Source: an uncultured Gemmatimonadaceae bacterium (GTDB lineage: Bacteria > Gemmatimonadota > Gemmatimonadetes > Gemmatimonadales > Gemmatimonadaceae). Taken from it: 64,000 nucleotides of DNA. This document shows, one piece after another, positions 1-8,009 of this stretch (positions are counted from its first letter, which is position 1; every line of letters starts with the position of its first letter). Position numbers and translations under genes: made by a program. The stretch spans positions 352,001 through 416,000 of the forward strand of contig CAWHHI010000016.1 in the NCBI GenBank assembly GCA_963829055.1. Direction: 5' to 3'. A model generated the notes under the pieces. The model saw only the letters and a program-made list of their open reading frames with translations, ran no database searches and had not been told where the DNA came from.

Positions 1-1059
1 CGCCAATCCGCCGACGGCGAGCCGCAATCCCTTGGTACGTTCGCCGCTACGCGCACGCGAGAGGCCGCCGAACGAATCGAAAAGCAGAACCTTGGCGCCG
101 ACCTCGATGTCGCCGAGGTGGCTCCGCTCTACGAGTCCCAGCGGTGCGGTGCCGAGTACGGTCGAGATGTATTCGTTCGCCTGCACGGCGCTGATCGGCA
201 GCTGTGCGGGCGAAGGCGATTCCCAAGCGGCGAGCGTGGGAATGTACGTCTTGAATGACGCGTTCAGTGCCGTGAGTCGCGTCGCGATCGCCGTCTGCAG
301 CGTGCTTCCGGCCAGTGGCACGAACGCCTCCCCGCGGGCGGTGTCGGCCCCGGTTCCGTACGTCGTCGAGACACCTGCCGCGAACGTGCGCGCCTCGTTG
401 ACGAGGATCTGTACGCGCGCTCGGTCACTGCATACGGGATCGGTGCTCGCAGCCCCGCATGCCGTGAGCCGCGTCGTGAGCTCCTGAGCGGCACGCACGA
501 GCGAATCCACGACGCGACGGTTCTGTGCTGCCGCCGTTCCCGTCGGCGCCAACCCCGGATTTAGCCCGACATTGGCGGGATTGCTCTTGATGTTGCGCGG
601 GTTCACGTCGAAAACGACTTCGGATGTCGTGTGCTCGTACGGCACGGTGGCCGTGAGCATCACTCTGGACGTGAGTCCGAAGTCGATGACGAGCGCCGTC
701 CGCGCGATGTGCGCGGCGAAGTCAGTCCGCGCGGGACCGAGGCTGACTTCGGCCGTTGGCTGCGCCGCAAGCTCGCGCAGCGACGTGCGTAGCGGCACGA
801 GCACCTCCAACTGGCGCGCTCCGAGTGAATCGGATGACAGCGGCGCCCCAAGCGCCTCCAGTTTGCCACCCGGGCCGTACATCTCGTTGTAGCTTGCCCA
901 GCTCGCCTGCGCGGATACGCGGACGCCGCCGCGCGGAAGGACCGTCGCATCCGCGCCGACGCCGAGCACGCGTTGCGCGTTGCCTACCCGCGAGACACTT
1001 GCACCGAGCGAAAGCGCTGCGCACACCAGGATCCTGCGATGAGTGGAGCGAGATCGCAC
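1..1059 (-). CDS. Secreted/outer-membrane hypothetical protein, 3' end runs off the window
   Basis: Manual translation of the minus strand is open from GTG at 1059 to base 1 (MRSRSTHRRILVCAALSLGA..GADATVLPRGGVRVS..LGDIEVGAKVLLFDSFG). Signal-peptide-like N-terminus. Absent from the ORF track because it has no stop in the window. Confidence 0.7.
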   Translation of the reverse strand, partial: MRSRSTHRRILVCAALSLGASVSRVGNAQRVLGVGADATVLPRGGVRVSAQASWASYNEMYGPGGKLEALGAPLSSDSLGARQLEVLVPLRTSLRELAAQPTAEVSLGPARTDFAAHIARTALVIDFGLTSRVMLTATVPYEHTTSEVVFDVNPRNIKSNPANVGLNPGLAPTGTAAAQNRRVVDSLVRAAQELTTRLTACGAASTDPVCSDRARVQILVNEARTFAAGVSTTYGTGADTARGEAFVPLAGSTLQTAIATRLTALNASFKTYIPTLAAWESPSPAQLPISAVQANEYISTVLGTAPLGLVERSHLGDIEVGAKVLLFDSFGGLSRARSGERTKGLRLAVGGLA

Positions 1060-1144
1060 GTCGTGAAGCAGTGATGAAGAAGAGAGAAGGCGACAATGCC
1101 GCGCGGCGGTCGCCCACCCACGCTGGGGCCGTTATGATGCGTGG

Positions 1145-2959
1145 GTGACAACGTCCCCTCAACATCACTACCTCGTGTCTGCTACGCCACTCCCATCAGT
1201 CCCCTGGCTTCGCACCGGTAACCACTGGCTGTCGCTGCCGTGCATTCACCCGGCGGACGGCGCGATCCACGCTGTCGGTATGCTGCATCGCGGCGCGCGG
1301 GCGGCAGTCGAGTTTGCGGGCGGGGCCTCGTTCGCCGAGGGTGCCGCGCCGCCGCTGGCTCGGCTTGGCTTCACGGTGAACGGCACGACGCTGCCGCTGG
1401 CTCGGAGCGGCCTCGCCTGGGAGCGCGCGATGGAGTGGATGCCGACGTTCACCGCCAGCGCTGACTCCGTGGTCATCCGGGGCACCGTGTTCGCGCCGTA
1501 CGGACGCGATGCGGATACCGCAGGTGCCGTGTACGCGGTCGCCATCGAGAATCGCGGTCCCGCTGACATGGATGTCGTGGTCACGCTCGACGGGACTCTC
1601 GGCTACCGACAGCTACGCGTCCGCACGCCTCGCGCGTTCGAAGACGCACATTGCGCAATGCACGCGCCTGACGACGTCGTGGTGCTCAAGGGCGCCGCGC
1701 TGCCGGGACTCGTGGTGCTGGCGATCACCGCTGATGGGGACGCCCAGGTCGATGTCACTCCAGGCGAGCCGGCGCAGTACACGATCCGACGCACCGTGCG
1801 GGTCGCAGCAGGCCAGCACGCCGATGTGGCGTTCTACATCGCCGCGGGGCCCGAGCAGGATGGCGCGCACGCGACCGCCCGCGTTATGCGGCGACGTGGC
1901 TGGCGTGAGCTGTTGTCCGCCACGCGCGACGCATTGCGCGATCTCGAGCAAACGACCGGGCACGAAGGGCTCGACCGCCTCATCAATCGGAATCTCCTGC
2001 TCGCGTATTTCTACGGTGTCGGCCGGGCGCTCGACGATGCGCACTTCTACCTGGTGCGGACCCGAACGCCGTGGCACGGGCGCGGCGTCACGTTCCGCGA
2101 GTGGGAGTCGCTCACGTGGACCCTGCCGGCGATTCAGCTCGCCGACAGTGCGCTCGCGCGCGAGTTGATCCTTCGCGCGTGTGAGGTGCATGGCTACACG
2201 CCGGGGAGCGGAGTCCGCTATCTGGACGGGACGCTGTTCGAGCCGGGATTCTGCCTCGAGGGCGCTGCCTCGTATGCGTTGGCCGTGGACCGCTACATCC
2301 GTGAGACGAACGACGACCAGATCGTCGAGGAACCGGTGCTCGCGGATACGTTGTACGTCGCGTCCGAGGACCTCACCGCCCGCCGCAACGCGAACATTCC
2401 GCTCTACAGCACCGAGGTCGCGCCGAGCGGAAACCCGGCGCCGCTGCCGTACACGCTCCATGGCAACGCCGTCGTGGCACTCGCACTCGACGTGTTTCGT
2501 CGCACGCTCGACGAGCAGACCGCGCGTGACGTGCAGGATCCGGAAGGTGTGCGGGCCGCGCTCAAGCGTCATTTCGCACGCGATCGCGACGGCAAGTCCA
2601 CCTACGCGTCAGCCATCGACCTCAACGGCAACGCCGTGCTCGAGGACGATCCACTCGCTTCGGTATTCTGGTTGCCTGTGTACGAGGTCGTTGATCGCAA
2701 CGAGTCGACGTATCGCCGAACCGTTCGCGCGACTGGCACCGATCATCGCTTTCTCGTGCAGCAGTGTGCGCGTCTCCTGGGGCCGGAAGGCGCAGAGGTG
2801 ATGCAGTGGCTGCGACGCGCGCCGCTCGACGACGGCTTCGCTGCGGAGCAGGTCGATGAGTCGGGGAAGGCACAGGGGAACGGGGGAGATGCGTCCGTTG
2901 CCGGCCTCCTCGCTCACACGCTCTGGTACGCGGTACACGCACTCGGCGTCGCGCCGTGA
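1145..2959 (+). CDS. Glycoside hydrolase family 125-like (six-hairpin glycosidase) protein
   Basis: 604-aa ORF. Segments RYLDGTLFEPGF and LDDGFAAEQVD resemble GH125-like proteins. TATGAT lies 6 nt before the GTG start. Confidence 0.55.
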   Translation: MTTSPQHHYLVSATPLPSVPWLRTGNHWLSLPCIHPADGAIHAVGMLHRGARAAVEFAGGASFAEGAAPPLARLGFTVNGTTLPLARSGLAWERAMEWMPTFTASADSVVIRGTVFAPYGRDADTAGAVYAVAIENRGPADMDVVVTLDGTLGYRQLRVRTPRAFEDAHCAMHAPDDVVVLKGAALPGLVVLAITADGDAQVDVTPGEPAQYTIRRTVRVAAGQHADVAFYIAAGPEQDGAHATARVMRRRGWRELLSATRDALRDLEQTTGHEGLDRLINRNLLLAYFYGVGRALDDAHFYLVRTRTPWHGRGVTFREWESLTWTLPAIQLADSALARELILRACEVHGYTPGSGVRYLDGTLFEPGFCLEGAASYALAVDRYIRETNDDQIVEEPVLADTLYVASEDLTARRNANIPLYSTEVAPSGNPAPLPYTLHGNAVVALALDVFRRTLDEQTARDVQDPEGVRAALKRHFARDRDGKSTYASAIDLNGNAVLEDDPLASVFWLPVYEVVDRNESTYRRTVRATGTDHRFLVQQCARLLGPEGAEVMQWLRRAPLDDGFAAEQVDESGKAQGNGGDASVAGLLAHTLWYAVHALGVAP

Positions 2960-2974
2960 TCGACGCCGCATCGC

Positions 2975-3003
2975 TTGTCGGTCGCTGATACCCCCGATAT
3001 ACT
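2975..3003 (+). promoter_or_regulatory. Sigma70-type promoter for tRNA-Gly
   Basis: TTGTCG-17 nt-TATACT, 9 nt upstream of the tRNA. Confidence 0.65.
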
Positions 3004-3012
3004 AGTCAGCAC

Positions 3013-3085
3013 GCGGGAATAGCTCAGTTGGTAGAGCACAACCTTGCCAAGGTTGGGGTCGCGGGTTCGAGTCCCGTTTCCCGCT
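3013..3085 (+). tRNA. tRNA-Gly(GCC)
   Basis: GCGGGAA/TTCCCGC acceptor stem, CAACC-TTGCCAA-GGTTG anticodon arm, GGTTCGAGTCC T-arm; CCA not encoded. Confidence 0.98.
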
Positions 3086-3162
3086 CTCGAACGAACAGGC
3101 TTGAACGAGTAGCGTTGAACAGGCACTACGGGCGCCAGCGCGACGCGCTGAGTCGCCGACAC

Positions 3163-3201
3163 AAATGCGGGAGCGGCCACACCGCTCCCGTTTTGCGTTT
3201 T
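3163..3201 (+). terminator. Intrinsic terminator-like hairpin between the two tRNAs
   Basis: GCGGGAGCGG-CCACA-CCGCTCCCGT followed by TTTGCGTTTT. Confidence 0.6.
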
Positions 3202-3242
3202 CAGCAGCGAGCGTCGCGGAGCGGCGTCGCTGCTGTGGTCGC

Positions 3243-3326
3243 GCCGGGGTGGCGAAATCGGTAGACGCGCGAGACTTAAAATCTTGTGGGGGTAACCCCA
3301 TCCGGGTTCGATTCCCGGTCCCGGCA
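3243..3326 (+). tRNA. tRNA-Leu(TAA)
   Basis: GCCGGGG/TCCCGGC acceptor, CGAGA-CTTAAAA-TCTTG anticodon arm, long variable arm, GGTTCGATTCC. Confidence 0.97.
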
Positions 3327-3340
3327 TCACTCGACATTCG

Positions 3341-4975
3341 TTAGGCGTCCGGAACGGTGTCGCGCTTTGGCGGCAGTGGCGAGGAGTCCGGTTTGCCTCG
3401 CCGGATTGTATCGCCCGGTGTCCACGCCTTGTGTCCCTGTGGCAACCACCCCGGTACGACCTCGGGCACTGCGTTCGCTCGCGGACGCCGCGGCGGCGTG
3501 GTGTTATTGGTCGTGGCAGGACTGTCAGCTGCCGCGCGGCGGTTTCGCGTTCGCTCTCGCGCTGTCCGCACTGGAGGAGAACGGCGGTTGACGCGGCGCC
3601 GGCGCCGCGGATCCGCGTGCCGTCTCGCCCGTTAACGTCGATCGTTGTCGACCGGCTGCGGCGTTCGTCCCCGCGGGTGTGGCACTCGCGAAGTAGGCGG
3701 CCGCGCCTAACGCGGCGGAGAGTGCGAGCACGATCGGTGGGATTGCGATCAACCACATTTCGCTGCGAGTGAACGCTCGGCGCCGTCTCGGGCCGCGGCG
3801 GAGCGGGCGACGTCAATGTCGGACGGGCCGGCGGGGCGCGGGACACCGCGGCAGGGCGCGATCTCGGCCGGTGGACTGCCCACTGCCTCCGCTGCCTGAC
3901 GTGCGGTCGGTGCGACGGACGGTTCTGTGCGACGCTCCTGCCCGCCGGTCGCGTCCGTCCCTACCGTCTCGGTCCGCCCCGCCTCGGTGACGGCCTGCGA
4001 ACGCGACGCCGGCTCCGGCGGTGCGCTGGTTGTCTTCACAGCGGTCGGCGCGATCGGCGACGCCGTGCTCGGTGGAGCGGCGGCGTGCGCCCGCGTGGCT
4101 GGAGGTACGACTGATCGCGCACGGCGCCCCTCGCGCATAACGCCTCCCGCCGGAACAGCCGCCGTGTCTGCGCGCAGGTCGAGCCCGGGTGGTGGCACGA
4201 GTATGGGACGCACACTGCGCGACGGTTCCGCGTCCTCGACGGTCGAGCGATTCCCACCGCACGCGCATCCGGCTGCAGCTGCGAGGTCGAGCAGCACGCG
4301 CGATCGGCTCGGTTGCCACAGCGCAGGGTCGACGCTCGCCACGTCCACGTCGCGCAGCAGTCGATCGACCGGCGCCCGCGCCAGAAACCGACGCGCCGGC
4401 AATCCTCCCGGCAGGGAACGATGACGACGCCACCGTTCTGCATCGGCGTCATCCATCTCCGCGGCGGCCGATGTATCGAGCGTTATGCCTTCGCGGTGCA
4501 GCGATGCAAAGAAGCCCGCTGGTGTGAAGCGCGCGTTGATGGACGCATCGTTCGCGCTCGGGCAGTCGCCGACGTAGGTGATCAGTAACGACTCGCCATA
4601 GACGAGGCGAAGGTATCGCGCGGCCGCAACGGGCGGAGCGGCGACGACGATCTTCCGGACCGGCTTGGCGGTCGCCGCCACCGCGAGGAGAGACGCGACG
4701 CGCGCGCACGTGCACGCGAGCACGACATCGTCAGGGCAGGACTCGAGCTCGGCCAGATATCGCTGTGCAACAAGCTCGTCGCCCCAACTCGGCGGGACGA
4801 CAATGTCGAATCCGGCGGCGGCGCAGGCACGTGACAGCTCCGCGGGGGGCGCTGGTCGCGCGGCCACCAGAGCGTCGTTACCGAGAATCACGGCAGCGCG
4901 CGAGTTCTTGCCGCGCCGCGGTGCGTCCCTACCGGCCAATTTGTTTGGTCGTTGCGCGCTCTCTGCTCCGTCCAC
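3341..4975 (-). CDS. Degenerate [FeFe]-hydrogenase large-subunit C-terminal-like domain + Pro/Ala/Thr linker + TM helix (split by about 2 frameshifts)
   Basis: ORF 3749-5128 has AGFDIVV, ACTCAR, PPVAAARYLR..YG..ITYVGDCP and DLAAAAGCACGG. The frame continues in ORFs 3525-3758 (TM WLIAIPPIVLALSAALGAAAYF) and 3341-3571. GTG 4975 has AGGA upstream. Confidence 0.55.
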
Positions 4976-5111
4976 GCCACCGGTCCTGTACAACGTCGGG
5001 CAAACTACTCGTCGGCTGCCGCTCGTGCCCGCAGACCAGTCACTGACGAGACGTGGGACTGCGAACACGACACTACGAATACGCGCAACTACGGCGGAAC
5101 CAAGCCGATGC

Positions 5112-5144
5112 AAAAAGGCGGCACGCATTTCTGCGCCCCGCCTT
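5112..5144 (-). terminator. Intrinsic terminator of the Rad52/DdrA-like gene
   Basis: Minus strand AAGGCGGGGCGCA-GAAA-TGCGTGCCGCCTTTTT. Confidence 0.75.
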
Positions 5145-5184
5145 CATCACGTACCGGACGTACTGGTTATCGAACCGATCCCAA

Positions 5185-6117
5185 TCAGAACGGCAGGTCG
5201 TCGAGCGACATCCCGAGCGGTGAAGAGTCCAGCGCATCGGACGTCGAGCGCGACTCCGCAGCCGCGGGTGCGCCTTCATTTGTCGCGGCAGATCCGCTCG
5301 CGCGAGGCGGCCAGACCACGCCGTCGCACGACCTATCGCGGCACTTGAAGTCCGGTGCCTTCGGATTCCGCTTGGAGAGGCGGTTGTCCCACATGCGTCC
5401 ACCGCACTTGGGGCACGACGGCGTCGACACTGGCTCGGCGACGGTTGCCTCGGTGGACGGCTCCGGCGCTTCTGTAGCCGTTGCCGCAGCAGTCGGACGG
5501 ACGCGCTTCGCTACGCCGGCACGCGCACGCGCTGGGGTGCTCGCGGCCTCTTCCTCATTTCCATTCGACGAAACGGCGCCGTTCGACGACACGGCCCTGT
5601 CCTCTGGCAGCGGCGCGCCGTTGGCTGGACCGAAGCGTCGCGCATAGACGACACCTGGATCTTCGAGCGGCTTGGCGTTGCGGCCGTCACCGTCCACCTG
5701 AACCCAGTTCTGCTCGTAGGCGTAGAGCTCGTGCGCGATGCCGAAGCGGACGGCGGCACGCTTGAACGCGTCCGTCGCTGCGGCTTTGTAGTCGCGGCCA
5801 GTCCCGACATCCTCACGGATGACGCCGAGAATTTGCAGACGCGCCTTGAACGAGCAGGCCGCGCCGTCGCCGCCATCATCCAGACCCGGAATGGGCGGGA
5901 GCAGCTCGAGCGTCAGATCCCACTCGCCCGGTACTACGGCGTCCAGGCGCTCACGCGCGGTGTTCGCCTCGATATACGCCACGAACCGCGCGAAATACTT
6001 GCCGTCGCGGGCGATGACTTTGCCGTCCTGCCGCCAATAGACGACCCCGTTAGGCAGTGGCTCGGCAAGGCGCGACCAGAATGTCGGCCTTTTCAGTGTG
6101 TGTGTCGTGTCTGGCAA
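5185..6117 (-). CDS. Rad52/Rad22-family (DdrA-like) ssDNA-annealing protein with C-terminal Zn ribbon and acidic tail
   Basis: AYIEANTARERLDAV..W..KARLQILGVIREDVG..KAAATDAFKRAAVRFGIAHELY; CPKC..C-x4-C; ends DDLPF. Confidence 0.85.
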   Translation of the reverse strand: MPDTTHTLKRPTFWSRLAEPLPNGVVYWRQDGKVIARDGKYFARFVAYIEANTARERLDAVVPGEWDLTLELLPPIPGLDDGGDGAACSFKARLQILGVIREDVGTGRDYKAAATDAFKRAAVRFGIAHELYAYEQNWVQVDGDGRNAKPLEDPGVVYARRFGPANGAPLPEDRAVSSNGAVSSNGNEEEAASTPARARAGVAKRVRPTAAATATEAPEPSTEATVAEPVSTPSCPKCGGRMWDNRLSKRNPKAPDFKCRDRSCDGVVWPPRASGSAATNEGAPAAAESRSTSDALDSSPLGMSLDDLPF

Positions 6118-6125
6118 TCATGCTC

Positions 6126-6590
6126 TCATCCCACCTTTCTGGTCCAGTCCAGGTTCCTGTTTGCCCGCCGAACATCATCGACGGCCGGGCAGCTACGACC
6201 ATGCGTGCAGTACAGTCCGTGGCGATCGAAGAACACGAGGTGCGTTTCCGTCGAGCCGTTCAATGTTTCGTCGACGCGAAACAATCGCTCTACCGATGTC
6301 CCAGCGCCGCACTTGGCCTGCGGGTCCAGACTGCGAACACGGACGACCCGCGGTGCGGTATCGGTGTGGCGACTGGCTGAAGAAGGCTTACGCGACGTTC
6401 GTTGCGTCGGCTTGGCCTTCCCTCGAGGCTTGGCGGTGCTGCGTCTGCCAGCGAGTCGCTGACTTTCGCCACGGGTGGATCCCTTCGTTTTGCCAGCCTT
6501 CTTGCCCGGCGCAGACGGGGATTCCGCCGATTTTGCCCGATGCTGGCCGGACGCCCGGCCCGAGGTCCTCCTTCGCTTGACTTTCGTCAC
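6126..6590 (-). CDS. Hypothetical protein, Lys/Arg-rich N-terminus and putative Zn-binding C-terminal domain
   Basis: 154 aa, ends 8 nt upstream of the Rad52-like start; C...CTHGRSCPAV motif. Confidence 0.7.
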   Translation of the reverse strand: MTKVKRRRTSGRASGQHRAKSAESPSAPGKKAGKTKGSTRGESQRLAGRRSTAKPRGKAKPTQRTSRKPSSASRHTDTAPRVVRVRSLDPQAKCGAGTSVERLFRVDETLNGSTETHLVFFDRHGLYCTHGRSCPAVDDVRRANRNLDWTRKVG

Positions 6591-6600
6591 GCCATTACCG

Positions 6601-6619
6601 ACAATCTGCTACAGAATGT
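6601..6619. promoter_or_regulatory. Candidate palindromic operator in AT-rich divergent promoter region
   Basis: ACAATCTG-CTA-CAGAATGT (7/8 inverted match). Confidence 0.45.
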
Positions 6620-6671
6620 AACGGTGTTTCGGGCTATATTCGGTATCTCAAATTATGGTTGCCTGCAACGA

Positions 6672-7235
6672 ATGTCAACTGAGACCGAGGAGCCAGAACT
6701 CTCCGCGCCGGGCGTCCCCGAGCTGACAACACTCGGTAAACGCATCGAAATGCTCCGCCTCGACCGACGCCTGAGCAAACGCGTTCTCGCGCAACGCGCC
6801 GGTACCTCGCGGCAGCAACTCTGGCGTGTGATGACGGGAAAGTCCGAGCTCACGAGCTCGCTCTGCGCCCGTCTATCTGAAGTGCTCGAGATCGACTGTC
6901 GTGAGTTACGCGACGCCACCGTCGCCGACAGCGCCGAGGACGGGCGCGTCCCCCGCGCGATCGCCGACAGACTCACGCCCGCGCGCGTGTCGTATGAACT
7001 CCTCGCGAGCCTCGAAGGTTCCGCGTCGCGGCGATTCTCCGACGCGCTCGATGAGTACGTCGCGCGACCTGATGGGCTCGCACGGACCCTCGAAACGATG
7101 CCCAGTACTGACGACGGCCGTCGGCTCAAGCGAGCACTGCTCGACGCTGTGGAAGAGATCGCGATGACGCGTTCCATCAAGCTGCCTCACGCGTTCTTCG
7201 ATCTTCGTCGTGCGGTCGTCAACGACGACGCGTGA
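6672..7235 (+). CDS. XRE-family HTH transcriptional regulator
   Basis: LGKRIEMLRLDRRLSKRVLAQRAGTSRQQLWRVMTGK..LSEVLEI is a typical HTH_3; ATG 6672. Confidence 0.85.
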   Translation: MSTETEEPELSAPGVPELTTLGKRIEMLRLDRRLSKRVLAQRAGTSRQQLWRVMTGKSELTSSLCARLSEVLEIDCRELRDATVADSAEDGRVPRAIADRLTPARVSYELLASLEGSASRRFSDALDEYVARPDGLARTLETMPSTDDGRRLKRALLDAVEEIAMTRSIKLPHAFFDLRRAVVNDDA

Positions 7236-7353
7236 TCCGCAGCCGAGCCGGCTGTGACGCTGACGAGCTGAGCCTAACGCGGCATTCTGGTCTTTGGTAC
7301 GCGGCTGGCGCGCGTCGTGCACTTCGGGCGCGCCCCAGACAAAGAGGCGACCA

Positions 7354-7881
7354 ATGGATCGAGGCATCGACTTTCTCAAGAGTCAGATCAATAACGCGGT
7401 CATGCAGCACCGCACGCTGCTAGAAAATCTCGAGGATCACGAGAAGCAGGCCGAAGACCCGCGCTACCGCGACCTCTGCTCGGCAGCGATCCCGCAGATG
7501 CGCGAGCATCAGCGCATGCTCGAGCAGTACCAGCAGGAAATCGGCGCCGAGACGGGCGTCGCGAAGAACGTGCTCGGCAAGGCGCTGGGCGTAGCGCGCG
7601 ACCTCGCTGACGTCGCTCGTGAGAGCGATTTCCTCCGGCTCGTTGGCGACATCGTAACGGCTCGTCAGTCGCAGGACACGTTCGGCACGTTCCGCGAAGC
7701 GGGGCGTGTGCTCGCAAACCCGCAGCTCCAGCGGATCGGAGAGATGGGCGAGCAGCACCACGAGCAATTCGTTCGCGACGCGAACCGGCTCGTCGCGCAG
7801 ATGTTCGTCGAGCATGCACGCGGTGTCGAGGCCGGCGCCAACGCGCGCACGACCGCGTCGCGCGAAACACCGCGGATGTAG
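7354..7881 (+). CDS. Ferritin-like four-helix protein (DUF892/YciF-like)
   Basis: Helical, with REH and EQHH putative metal ligands; AAGAGG RBS. Confidence 0.6.
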   Translation: MDRGIDFLKSQINNAVMQHRTLLENLEDHEKQAEDPRYRDLCSAAIPQMREHQRMLEQYQQEIGAETGVAKNVLGKALGVARDLADVARESDFLRLVGDIVTARQSQDTFGTFREAGRVLANPQLQRIGEMGEQHHEQFVRDANRLVAQMFVEHARGVEAGANARTTASRETPRM

Positions 7882-7939
7882 CAAGCGCGGGCGCGTAGCT
7901 CCGCGCGCGTCACCGAGCGACGCGAGGTGACGATCGGGT

Positions 7940-7969
7940 GGTGCGCGAGCGGACGTCCGCTCGCGCACC
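7940..7969. repeat. Perfect 30-bp palindrome
   Basis: GGTGCGCGAGCGGAC|GTCCGCTCGCGCACC. Confidence 0.85.
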
Positions 7970-8009
7970 GATCCTCCCAATGCCGGAGGCTGCTGGATAG
8001 CTTACGCGC

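Noticed and set aside
4976..5128. ORF-track start at 5128 for the hydrogenase-like protein
   Set aside because: It lies inside the upstream gene's terminator; GTG 4975 with an SD-like AGGA is more plausible.
3327..7970. Genomic island or prophage integrated at tRNA-Leu
   Set aside because: No integrase, no duplicated tRNA 3' end and no phage structural genes; composition and CGTTAGG motif content match the host.
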